A DNA stretch of 64,000 nucleotides from positions 34,518 through 98,517 of IMG/VR virus record IMGVR_UViG_3300034071_001414; one strand, given 5' to 3'. Below are positions 21,601 to 29,094 of this stretch, piece after piece. The notes beneath the pieces were generated by a model. It was not told the origin of the DNA, ran no database searches, and saw nothing but the letters and a program-made list of their open reading frames with translations. Both the position numbers and the translations under genes were made by a program. Source of the DNA: a virus. Every line of letters starts with the position of its first letter. Position 1 is the first letter of the stretch.

Positions 21601-23140
21601 TGCAAGATTAACTATAGTTTCCATAGGCAATACGAACCAAATTATTATAGATAATGTCCAAGGAGAATTTGAAACTGGTGTAGGAAAGACTATTAGATAT
21701 ATTAATAGTTCTGGAATTTCCACCAATTTAAATGCATCTTTTGGTGGAAATATTCTTGCAAATGAAATTATTACTGAAAGTGACGGTTTGCATGTGAGAA
21801 TAAATCATAAAAATCATGGAATGTATTTTGATAACAATTTTGTTAATATATTTGGAGTTGAATCTGATGTAAAGCCAACTAAATTATCCGTACCATACTC
21901 ATCAGACTCTACTGGAGAAATAACTGTTGAAGATGCATCACAATTTACAAATTTTGAAGGTGTGGGAGTTGGAACAACAAATCCAGGATATCTTCTAATA
22001 GGAAATGAATTAATAGAATATACTTCAGTTGTTGGTAATACTATTGGTGGAGATATAGTTAGAGGTTTACCATATGGACCAAATACAGTCGCAGTAACTC
22101 ATCCAACAAGTTCTGCAGTTTATAAGTATGAAATTAATAATGTTTCTCTCAGAAGAATTAATAAAACTCATGATTTAAATGATGTAACATCAGAAAATCC
22201 TATTGGATTTGACTATTATAATATTAAATTGGATATGTCTTCGGATGGTGTTGACAGATCTGCTGGTATAGGTTTTAGCAACTTATATCAAAATTTAACT
22301 AAATCAGATGGTGGTTTTAATATAAGAGCATCTCAAAATATTCCATATGAAATTATTTTACCAAATGTTCATAATGTTACAGTAAATGGAACTTCATTGA
22401 GTGCAGAATTAAGAACTGTTACAGGAAAGAGTATAAGTGGAAATGAAATACCATTTATTGATAATGGATTTGAACCTGTCGCAATAAGACAAAATAATTA
22501 TCTTTCTTCACCAAGAATTGTTTGCTCTAAGGTTAATGAGAGAAATCTATTATCAACTTTACCGGAAAACAAATCTTTAACTCTAAGACTTACTTTAGGA
22601 ACAACAAATCCATATCTTTCTCCGGTGATAGATACCCAAAGAATAAGTGCTCAGTTTGTTTCAAATAGGGTTAACAACGTTATAACAAATTATGCAACCG
22701 ACAATAGAGTCAATTCTATTTCAGATGATCCAACATCTTTCCAATACATTTCAAAAGAAATAAACTTAGAAAATTCAGCAACTTCACTTAAAATAATTTT
22801 AGAAGCTTATATTAATTCATATTCTGATATAAGATCTTTCTATTCTATTGGAGAAAATCCTGGATTTTCTCCAATATTCACGCCATTCCCCGGATATGAT
22901 AATCTAAACGAAAAATCTCAAATTATTTCTTTGGAAGACAATAATGGAAGATCAGATTCATTTGTAACTCCAACAAGTTCTCTGGAATATATTTTAAATG
23001 ATAGTGACTTTAAGGAATATGTTTTTACAGTTGACAACTTACCATCATTTAAGAATTTTAGAATTAAATTGTTGGGAACATCGACAAATCAAGTTTTTGT
23101 TCCTAGAATAAGAAATTTAAGAGTTATTTCTCTTGCATAA
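15680..23140 (+). CDS. Large virion structural protein, VrlC-like (2486 aa)
   Basis: N-terminal TNLNVAPYFDDF...LFKPGYPVQARELTTLQSILQNQ, APGADRLKI, DPLAQSF and SLFKSQN motifs of the cyanophage VrlC-like family; follows gp8. Confidence 0.8.
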   Translation: MSQKTNLNVAPYFDDFNPNNDYHRVLFKPGYPVQARELTTLQSILQNQIEKFGQHFFKEGAKVIPGNTGYSRLYYCVQLENNYLGVPIAAYIDQLVGAKITGQTSGVTAVVDKVLLPQDSERGNLTLYINYLSSSTQNNSTQQFSDGEVLTSNIIITSGLLGNTSIAVGEPFASTISTNSTTIASCFNISEGVYFIRGQFVNVKTETLILDQYTNNPNYRVGLYIDEQIVNSNTDETLNDNSQGFNNYAAPGADRLKISAYLFKKSLTDFDDGNFVELATIVDGIIRSKTEDDKYSFIKDEFARRTYAESGNYLVSPFDISVEESLNNQKGNNGTFTKTQITYGGNTPSESKAVYKISPGKAFIRGYEVETISSTFLDVDKPRTTQILENQSINYSTGPTLKLNRVYGSSPVGLGNTFILSLRNERVGSSGTLSAGKEIGLARVYDFSLDSGSYSTSNSNLNEWNISLFDIQTFTNITLNNSVTLSTPTFVKGNNSGATAFLKDNIVGTDLTLYDVKGSFIPFESFSFDGIDSGIIGIAVTSYGISDIKSVYGNVSSASTFSADVIQSTAFNVGIATISAVSSGVSTVRSSNILFPGNIVKVGNLVKYSDSTKTTPVVAKVIGVGASTISITGVTTVSGIVDGSLPTSSLNVTDFAVLKTDLEKSTDNTLYSRLPKTNISNVDLSNSTLNVRKTFTVNISNNKLSTAVTSGTNETFLPFTEKRYSLVRSNGTTEVLTPDKFEFTSGGTELQIYNLGSNDTNATLVATLQKIKPKAKVKRKNRVNSIIIENSKYEGSGIGGTTLNDGLVYGEYPYGTRVQDENICLNVADIIEIHGIYESEDTSNPSAPKAVLASITSQSSTTSELIVGEEILGTTSGAVAIVAEKLTSSQISLLYKNQNIFNEGEVITFSESNIQAQIVTLDTPSFEISFNYTFNRGQNGSFYDYGYLTRKVNVSEPTKKLKIYFSNGYYESTDDGDITTVNSYNSFDYISDIGSVNGIRNTDIIDIRPVVNNYSVSVGSRSPLEFYGRTFNSVSNSSNTILSSDESLITSFSFYLGRIDSIYLSKDGKFQVKYGTPSERPERPVSVDDSLEIATISLPPYLYSNRQASIRFLEYKRYRMSDIKNLENRIKNLEYYTSLSLLETNTSNLFISDSEGFNRFKSGFFVDNFTSYLPQESSTDINNSIDIEFKELRPKAYTSSIDLKPGYSSVNASTADLAFESPDGINIRKSGDIITLDYAEVEWLKQSFATRSESVTPFLISFWQGTVELTPASDTWMDTVRIEAKIIDVEGNYSTTLADATRRLNVDPQTGFAPTVWNAWTTNWTGRSVSTSTRNVTSSSISSFWSGAQLIEQVDNVVIQQTLQNITETGVESRTGTRTVITEQFDRTSVGDRVVSRDIIPYMRSRNVQFVSKKLKPLTQIYTFFDGKDVTKYCVPKLLEITMSSGVFQVGETITGYIQQTGTGVNANNMLAKITFRVAQTNHREGAYNSPTVTYPRNPYNSQILPPTYSSTSTILNVDTFSLSNSTQGEFGGWVETGMILIGNTSKAQATITNLRLISDLSATLIGSFYIPNPNANIHPRFESGTKTFTLVNSATNDQNAATTIAEEAFTSSGTIETVQENIVSVRNARIENKQEFDSRAVSRTTGTQVVNSRVIASSSSSRVIGWYDPLAQSFLVDNEDGVFLTSCDVFFKTKDDTDIPVTFQLRTMKGGFPTQYVLPLSEIILSPEQVNVSGDGSVSTRVTFKAPVYLQGGGEYCICLASNSTKYSVYISRIGENDLLTQTFISNQPYLGSLFKSQNASTWEASQWEDLKFTLYRADFIENGSIDFYNPDLTEGNAQIAKLMPNSLQFNSKKIRVSLSSTISDSDIRLGNTIIQANTSGRGNYVGSAGSATGTLSVSNSGIGYTPGPGSGGYTFNNVSLTTITGKGAGATANITISNGVAAAATIVSGGSGYQSGDVLGISSIGNTPVGTNARLTIVSIGNTNQIIIDNVQGEFETGVGKTIRYINSSGISTNLNASFGGNILANEIITESDGLHVRINHKNHGMYFDNNFVNIFGVESDVKPTKLSVPYSSDSTGEITVEDASQFTNFEGVGVGTTNPGYLLIGNELIEYTSVVGNTIGGDIVRGLPYGPNTVAVTHPTSSAVYKYEINNVSLRRINKTHDLNDVTSENPIGFDYYNIKLDMSSDGVDRSAGIGFSNLYQNLTKSDGGFNIRASQNIPYEIILPNVHNVTVNGTSLSAELRTVTGKSISGNEIPFIDNGFEPVAIRQNNYLSSPRIVCSKVNERNLLSTLPENKSLTLRLTLGTTNPYLSPVIDTQRISAQFVSNRVNNVITNYATDNRVNSISDDPTSFQYISKEINLENSATSLKIILEAYINSYSDIRSFYSIGENPGFSPIFTPFPGYDNLNEKSQIISLEDNNGRSDSFVTPTSSLEYILNDSDFKEYVFTVDNLPSFKNFRIKLLGTSTNQVFVPRIRNLRVISLA

Positions 23141-23141
23141 T

Positions 23142-23369
23142 ATGGATTATATAAAAGTGAGGGGTCATGAAGGTCTATTTCGTGACCCAAATACAAATTC
23201 AATTATTAATACAAACATGGCAGATTATCAAGAATACATCTCCAGAAAAAAATTGAAAGGCGAAGAAAATGATAAAATGAAAATATTGGAATCTGAAGTT
23301 TCCAATATAAAAAATGATCTCGATGAGATTAAATCCATGTTAAGGAGTTTTATAAATGAACCCAAATGA
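23142..23369 (+). CDS. Conserved hypothetical protein with coiled-coil C-terminus (75 aa from ATG 23142)
   Basis: KVRGHEGLFRDPNTNSIIN motif and heptad C-terminus; ATG 1 nt after the upstream stop. Confidence 0.7.
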   Translation: MDYIKVRGHEGLFRDPNTNSIINTNMADYQEYISRKKLKGEENDKMKILESEVSNIKNDLDEIKSMLRSFINEPK

Positions 23370-23538
23370 TATAGAATTAGAAAATTTGACAAAAAACTTT
23401 GAGTATGCAAAGGCATGTTTAGAAATAGATTCAATAGAAGATATTGAATCTCTGAAACAAATTTCAAAAGCATATATGAAATTATATATGAAACAGCAAG
23501 AAGTTTTAATTCAGATGGGCACATCTGGTGTGCTATAA
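23356..23538 (+). CDS. Small helical protein, possibly NblA-like
   Basis: 60 aa with a predicted helix-loop-helix pattern; overlaps the upstream ORF; see findings. Confidence 0.6.
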   Translation: MNPNDIELENLTKNFEYAKACLEIDSIEDIESLKQISKAYMKLYMKQQEVLIQMGTSGVL

Positions 23539-23541
23539 ATA
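23534..23541 (+). promoter_or_regulatory. T4-type late promoter
   Basis: TATAAATA upstream of gp13. Confidence 0.7.
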
Positions 23542-23562
23542 TTTTTAGGAATAAAACTAGAT

Positions 23563-24408
23563 ATGGCGCAACCTACTACTAGACAAGAACTAATAAATTA
23601 TTGCAAAAGAAAACTGGGGGCGCCAGTTTTAGAAATTAATGTTGCAGATGAACAAATAGAAGACTTAGTTGATGATGCAATCCAATTCTTCCAAGAAAGA
23701 CATTTTGATGGGGTATATCCAACATTTTACAAATACAAAATAACCCAAAATGATATTGATAGAGGAAGATCTAGGGGTAATAATGTAGCAGTAGGAATAG
23801 CAACAACAACTGCAACTGCAAATATTGTGGGAGATAGTACCACTTTTACATATGAAGAAAATAGCAATTACTTACAAGTACCACCTTCAGTAATTGGTGT
23901 AACTAAAATATTTCACTTTGATGGTTCAAATGCCATCACTCATAATATGTTTAGTGTAAAATATCAATTATTTTTAAATGATATTTATTACTGGGGAACT
24001 ACAGAATTGTTGAGTTATGCTATGGTTAAAACTTATTTGGAAGATATTAATTTTTTATTAACAACACAAAAACAAATACGATTTAATAAGAGGCAAGATA
24101 GATTATACTTAGATATAGATTGGAGTTCCATTTCAGTTAACGATTATATAATCATCGATTGCTATTCTACTTTAGATCCAAATGACTATTCTAGAGTTTG
24201 GAATGATTCATTTTTAAAACCATATCTAACCTCTCTAATTAAACGTCAATGGGGTCAAAATCTCATAAAATTTCAGGGTGTTAAACTTCCAGGTGGCGTT
24301 GAATTAAATGGCAGACAAATATATGATGATGCCCAAAGGGAGATAGACATTTTAATGGAAAAAATGTCAAGTAATTATGAACTACCCCCTTACGACATGA
24401 TAGGTTAA
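23563..24408 (+). CDS. gp13: Neck protein gp13
   Basis: LINYCKRKLGAPVLEINV and KRQWGQNLIKFQGVKLPGGVELNG motifs. Confidence 0.92.
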   Translation: MAQPTTRQELINYCKRKLGAPVLEINVADEQIEDLVDDAIQFFQERHFDGVYPTFYKYKITQNDIDRGRSRGNNVAVGIATTTATANIVGDSTTFTYEENSNYLQVPPSVIGVTKIFHFDGSNAITHNMFSVKYQLFLNDIYYWGTTELLSYAMVKTYLEDINFLLTTQKQIRFNKRQDRLYLDIDWSSISVNDYIIIDCYSTLDPNDYSRVWNDSFLKPYLTSLIKRQWGQNLIKFQGVKLPGGVELNGRQIYDDAQREIDILMEKMSSNYELPPYDMIG

Positions 24409-24413
24409 ATCAC

Positions 24414-25829
24414 ATGCTAAATCCTTTTTTTCAACAAGGAACTCCACTGGAGCAAGGATTAATACAAGATTTAATTAATGAACAATTGAGGATGTATGGC
24501 GTAGAAGTACATTACTTACCAAGAAGATTCATAACTGAAAAAAAAGTCATAAAAGAAGTCATAGAATCTGCCTTTGATTCAGCATATCCAATAGAAGCAT
24601 ATGTGAATAGTTATGAAGGTTATGCAGATAATTCAACTATTTTGTCAAAATTTGGAATACAAGCATTGAATGAAATAGTTTTAACTATTTCTAGAGAAAG
24701 ATTTTCAAATTATATTTCCCCACTTATAAAAAATAAAAGTAATATAAAATTATCATCAAGACCAAAGGAGGGAGATCTAATTTATTTTCCTCTTGGAGAT
24801 AGGTTATTTGAAATAAAGTACGTGGAGCATGAAAAACCTTTTTATCAATTGCAAGGAAATTACACTTATGAATTAAGATGCGAACTATTCAGATATGAAG
24901 ATGAAGTTATCGACACTGGTATTGAAGAAATAGATGATGTCCTTTCCGGAATAGGAACAGACTTGGATTCTGGATTTGTTGCAGTGGGTCCAATACAAAC
25001 ACTTACTATGATTGGTATTGGTATAACCGCAACAGCTAGTACTACTTTAGTAAATGGTGGAATAAGATTTATTACGGTGTCAAATAGAGGAGGTGGATAT
25101 ACCAGTACTCCCAGGGTTGGAATATCATCTGCACCATCTGGCGGATTTGCGGGAATTGCAACAGCAATTATGATTGGTGGGGTTGTTGCATGTAACTCCA
25201 ATGTAAATCCATCGGCAAAATCAGTTCAAGCAGTTGGTTTAATAAATCCGGGATATGGATATACGGTGGCACCAGGAATTAGATTTATTGGTGGAGGCGG
25301 CGCTGGCGCTGGTGCGACAGCAACCATAGGAAATGGTATTATAGGCAGTATAACAATTTCAAATGCAGGTTCTGGTTACACATCTTCTCCCACAATAACT
25401 TTTATAGGAGTATCTTCTGTCTCTGCTGCAGCGACTGCAATAATAAATGATGCAGGATCAATTACATCTATACAGATAACAAATTCTGGACTAGGTTATA
25501 CTCAGGCACCGTCAATAACTATTTCTTCACCTTTTATGTCGGGAATTGGAACATATCAATTTAACGAAGTGATAACTGGTTCCGCAAGTGGAACTACCGC
25601 AAGGGTTCGTTCTTGGAATTCAGTAACTAAAAAGTTGGAGGTTGCCACAATAGATGGAGAATTTATTGTTGGTGAAAACATAGTAGGAACTGCATCATCA
25701 GCTTCCTATAAGTTGAGAATAGTAAATAGTAACGTTGTTGATGATGGATATTCTGATAACACTAATATTGAGATAGAATCTGATAAAATTATTGATTTTT
25801 CGGAAATTAATCCATTCGGTATGCCATAA
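24414..25829 (+). CDS. gp14: Neck protein gp14 with C-terminal extension
   Basis: LINEQLRMYG, RPKEGDLIYFP..LFEIKYVEHEKPFYQL, terminal DFSEINPFG. Confidence 0.9.
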   Translation: MLNPFFQQGTPLEQGLIQDLINEQLRMYGVEVHYLPRRFITEKKVIKEVIESAFDSAYPIEAYVNSYEGYADNSTILSKFGIQALNEIVLTISRERFSNYISPLIKNKSNIKLSSRPKEGDLIYFPLGDRLFEIKYVEHEKPFYQLQGNYTYELRCELFRYEDEVIDTGIEEIDDVLSGIGTDLDSGFVAVGPIQTLTMIGIGITATASTTLVNGGIRFITVSNRGGGYTSTPRVGISSAPSGGFAGIATAIMIGGVVACNSNVNPSAKSVQAVGLINPGYGYTVAPGIRFIGGGGAGAGATATIGNGIIGSITISNAGSGYTSSPTITFIGVSSVSAAATAIINDAGSITSIQITNSGLGYTQAPSITISSPFMSGIGTYQFNEVITGSASGTTARVRSWNSVTKKLEVATIDGEFIVGENIVGTASSASYKLRIVNSNVVDDGYSDNTNIEIESDKIIDFSEINPFGMP

Positions 25830-25832
25830 ATA
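25825..25832 (+). promoter_or_regulatory. T4-type late promoter
   Basis: CATAAATA overlapping the gp14 stop, upstream of gp15. Confidence 0.55.
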
Positions 25833-25880
25833 TATTTTATTATACATATACATAAAAAACTAACATTAGATATTAGAAAG

Positions 25881-26882
25881 ATGTTTGAATATTTTTATCA
25901 CGAAATATTAAGAAAAACTGTTATAGCTTTTGGTTCTTTATTCAATAACATTACAATCAAACATTTTGATTCCAATGGAAATGTATCTAGTGTTATTAAA
26001 GTTCCTCTCGCTTACGGACCATCACAAAAATTCTTGGCAAGATTAGAACAATCTCCAGATTTAAGTAAACCAGTTCAAATGACCTTACCAAGAATGTCAT
26101 TTGAACTTACGGGATTGACCTATGACACTTCCAGAAAAGTTTCAACAACTCAGTCATTTACAGTAAAAGATTCCAATGATGGTTCAATAATAAGAAAGTC
26201 ATACATGCCTGTTCCATATAATTTACAGTTTGAACTTTCAATTATGGCAAAATTGAATGATGATGCTCTCCAAATAACCGAACAAATATTACCATATTTT
26301 CAACCATCATACAATATAACAGTAGAATTGGTAGATTCAATCAACGAAAAGAAAGATATACCAATAGTTTTAGAAAACATTACAATGCAGGATGATTATG
26401 AAGGCAATTTCACAACCAGACGTGTTTTAGTTTATACATTAAGATTTACTGCAAAAACATATCTATTTGGTCCAATATCGACTGCAACCAAAGATATCAT
26501 CAAAAAAACTACTATCAGTTATATCACCGGAGAATCTACGGATACTCCAACCAGAAATGTTGTTTACTCTTCAACTCCAAGAGCTATCAAAAATTATACA
26601 GGGACAGTTCTCACAAACTTGACAAAAGATATTACAACAGAAGATATTTTAGTAACTGTAAATGATGCAAGTTCAATTTCAATTAATACTTATCTAGATA
26701 TTGAAGGAGAAGAACTATATGTTCGAGCAAAAAATGGAAATATATTAACTGTCGATAGAGGAAGAGATGATACTACGATAACTTCTCATTTATCTGGCGC
26801 TGAGGTCAAATCTATAACTACAGCAGATAATCTTTTGGTTGAGGAAGGTGATGATTTTGGATTTAGTGGTACAACCTTATAA
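25881..26882 (+). CDS. gp15: Tail sheath stabilizer / tail terminator gp15
   Basis: YFYHEILRKTVIAFGSLFN, VPLAYGP.QKFLARL, LPRMSFE, EQILPYFQP. Confidence 0.92.
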   Translation: MFEYFYHEILRKTVIAFGSLFNNITIKHFDSNGNVSSVIKVPLAYGPSQKFLARLEQSPDLSKPVQMTLPRMSFELTGLTYDTSRKVSTTQSFTVKDSNDGSIIRKSYMPVPYNLQFELSIMAKLNDDALQITEQILPYFQPSYNITVELVDSINEKKDIPIVLENITMQDDYEGNFTTRRVLVYTLRFTAKTYLFGPISTATKDIIKKTTISYITGESTDTPTRNVVYSSTPRAIKNYTGTVLTNLTKDITTEDILVTVNDASSISINTYLDIEGEELYVRAKNGNILTVDRGRDDTTITSHLSGAEVKSITTADNLLVEEGDDFGFSGTTL

Positions 26883-26884
26883 TT

Positions 26885-27322
26885 ATGAAAATGACAAAAA
26901 AATTCGATGAATTGAATAATACATTTAACGTCAATGGAGATATAGTTTCAACTACAGAGTCTGTAGAGATAGTAGAAAAAATTGAAAAAATATCGTCATC
27001 ATTTGACGATGTTAAAAAGGATTATGATTATACAAGAGGAAATTTATACTCTCTTATAGAGAAAGGTCAAGAAGCAATCAATGGCATTCTTGAACTTGCA
27101 CAAGAGAGTGAAATGCCAAGAGCATATGAAGTAGCGGGTCAACTTATAAAAAATGTTGCAGATGCTACAGATAAATTAATGGACCTCCAAAAGAAACTCA
27201 AAGAAATTGAAGAAGAAAAAGTTGGTAAAGGTCCTACCACAGTTAACAATGCATTATTTGTTGGTTCCACTGCAGAATTAGCAAAACTTTTAAAGCAACA
27301 AAATCAGGATAGTTTAGAATAA
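26885..27322 (+). CDS. gp16: Terminase small subunit gp16
   Basis: DYDYTRGNLY, PRAYEVAGQLIK, NNALFVGSTAEL. Confidence 0.9.
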   Translation: MKMTKKFDELNNTFNVNGDIVSTTESVEIVEKIEKISSSFDDVKKDYDYTRGNLYSLIEKGQEAINGILELAQESEMPRAYEVAGQLIKNVADATDKLMDLQKKLKEIEEEKVGKGPTTVNNALFVGSTAELAKLLKQQNQDSLE

Positions 27323-27328
27323 TAAATA
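27321..27328 (+). promoter_or_regulatory. T4-type late promoter
   Basis: AATAAATA upstream of the 575-aa ORF. Confidence 0.6.
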
Positions 27329-27350
27329 TAAAAAGGTATTCCACAATTAA

Positions 27351-29078
27351 ATGCCAAGATTGAAGTCACATAAAACAGTTGAGCAGATTGCTAAGAAGCA
27401 TCGTCTTGATGTGTCTTTTATACAAAAGCAGCTTGATATTGGAGAACCTATTGAACATGAACATACAAAGGATCATGAACTTGCAATGGATATTGCTCTT
27501 CAACATTTAGATGAAATTCCAGATTATTACACTCGTTTGAAGAAGATGGAATCAGATGCTAAAAAACATCATAAAAAATTTAAGGATGTAACGGAAGAAA
27601 CTAAATCCGGAGATGAAGGTTTACATGATTGGTTTGGCAAATCAAAATCATCCGATGGTAAAAGTGGATGGGTCCAACTAGGAGGAAAATGGGCAGGTAA
27701 ACCATGTGCTCGTCAACCTGGTCAAACTTCAACTCCAAAATGTGGAAGTTCTAAAATGAAGAGAGCACTTTCTAAAGACGAAGAAGAAGCAGCGAGACGT
27801 AGAAAAAATATTCAAGATCCTAATCAACCACAAAAAACTGGTGGATCAAAACCAACTAACGTAAGAACTGAAGAAATGGATTTACAAGAAGTCAAAGACA
27901 AACCAGGAAAAGGTAGTGGTAAAAAAGATGCCTGCTACCACAAAGTGAAATCTCGTTATGACGTTTGGCCAAGTGCATATGCATCTGGCGCACTTGTTAA
28001 ATGTCGTAAAGTTGGTGCTGACAATTGGGGTACTAAATCTGAGGCAACTATGCATGAAGAAGAAAGATATTGTCCCCTATGTGATAAAAGAGAAACTAGA
28101 TCTCAGTGTTCTTATGGAGAAAAAGCGTGGGATAAAGTTTCTGTTAAAGATCAAGAGTATTCTATGGCAAGATCTGAACTAAAAAATATTATTGATGCAG
28201 CCAAAAGACTTGAAAAAAAGGTAGGAAAGGGAGAAGGATCATTAGAAGCGTGGGTGCAGTCAAAAATTACAAAAGCTGCCGATTATATTGATACTGCAGC
28301 AGATTATGTTGCAAGCGGAGAAATGCAAGAACAAAAATTGGTAGATAAAATAATTGGAGAAATGAAGTGTTGGCCAGGATATGAAAAAAGGGGGACTCAA
28401 AAACTTTTTGGTAAAAAGTATAATAGATGCATAAAGGCAGAAGATGTAACCATTGAGGATGCTGATGGCAATACTTTTGCTGAAGTTGTTGATTTGATTA
28501 AACCAGAACCAATAAAAGGATTTAAGTCTCAAGTTCAAGAAGCAATAAGACTCCAAGCACAAACTGGAAATGTCATTGCAGTAACTCTTTCCTGGAGAGG
28601 AAAGTATTATTCTCTTAAAATGTTCTTTCCTCAAATTAAAACACCAACAAAAAAAGAAATAAATGATGAACTCCAAAAAGTTTATCCAGGTTCAATGGTT
28701 TTATATCATTCAATCTCAGAAATTCAACCAGGACAGCCTCTTATTCAGATGATTGGACCACAAGGTGGTTCAATGGCATCTCCCGGTCCATCTAAAAGAT
28801 ATATTAAGCCAATGGGAGAAGAAACTGAAACTGAAATTGATGAAGATTGGCAAAAAGTAAATCGCCAAGATAAAACTGATGGATTAAGTCCAGCAGCAGT
28901 AAAGGCATATCGCAGAGAGAATCCAGGTTCAAAACTCAAATCCGCTGTTACCACACCACCTTCAGAATTAAAACCAGGTTCGGCAGATTGGAAAAGAAGA
29001 AAAAATTTCTGTAGTCGTTCTAGAAGTTGGACTGGAGAAAGAGGTAAAGCAGCACGTAAACGTTGGAATTGTAATTAA
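27351..29078 (+). CDS. Modular hypothetical protein (575 aa) between gp16 and gp17; putative head-internal polyprotein
   Basis: Long ORF with its own late promoter; string of short basic or Cys-containing modules separated by acidic linkers. Confidence 0.8.
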   Translation: MPRLKSHKTVEQIAKKHRLDVSFIQKQLDIGEPIEHEHTKDHELAMDIALQHLDEIPDYYTRLKKMESDAKKHHKKFKDVTEETKSGDEGLHDWFGKSKSSDGKSGWVQLGGKWAGKPCARQPGQTSTPKCGSSKMKRALSKDEEEAARRRKNIQDPNQPQKTGGSKPTNVRTEEMDLQEVKDKPGKGSGKKDACYHKVKSRYDVWPSAYASGALVKCRKVGADNWGTKSEATMHEEERYCPLCDKRETRSQCSYGEKAWDKVSVKDQEYSMARSELKNIIDAAKRLEKKVGKGEGSLEAWVQSKITKAADYIDTAADYVASGEMQEQKLVDKIIGEMKCWPGYEKRGTQKLFGKKYNRCIKAEDVTIEDADGNTFAEVVDLIKPEPIKGFKSQVQEAIRLQAQTGNVIAVTLSWRGKYYSLKMFFPQIKTPTKKEINDELQKVYPGSMVLYHSISEIQPGQPLIQMIGPQGGSMASPGPSKRYIKPMGEETETEIDEDWQKVNRQDKTDGLSPAAVKAYRRENPGSKLKSAVTTPPSELKPGSADWKRRKNFCSRSRSWTGERGKAARKRWNCN

Positions 29079-29094
29079 TTAATAGGTCTTTGTT

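Noticed and set aside
3562-21726. Numerous short minus-strand ORFs inside gp7, gp8 and the VrlC-like gene
   Set aside because: Antisense shadows of long + strand genes; no RBS or recognisable motifs
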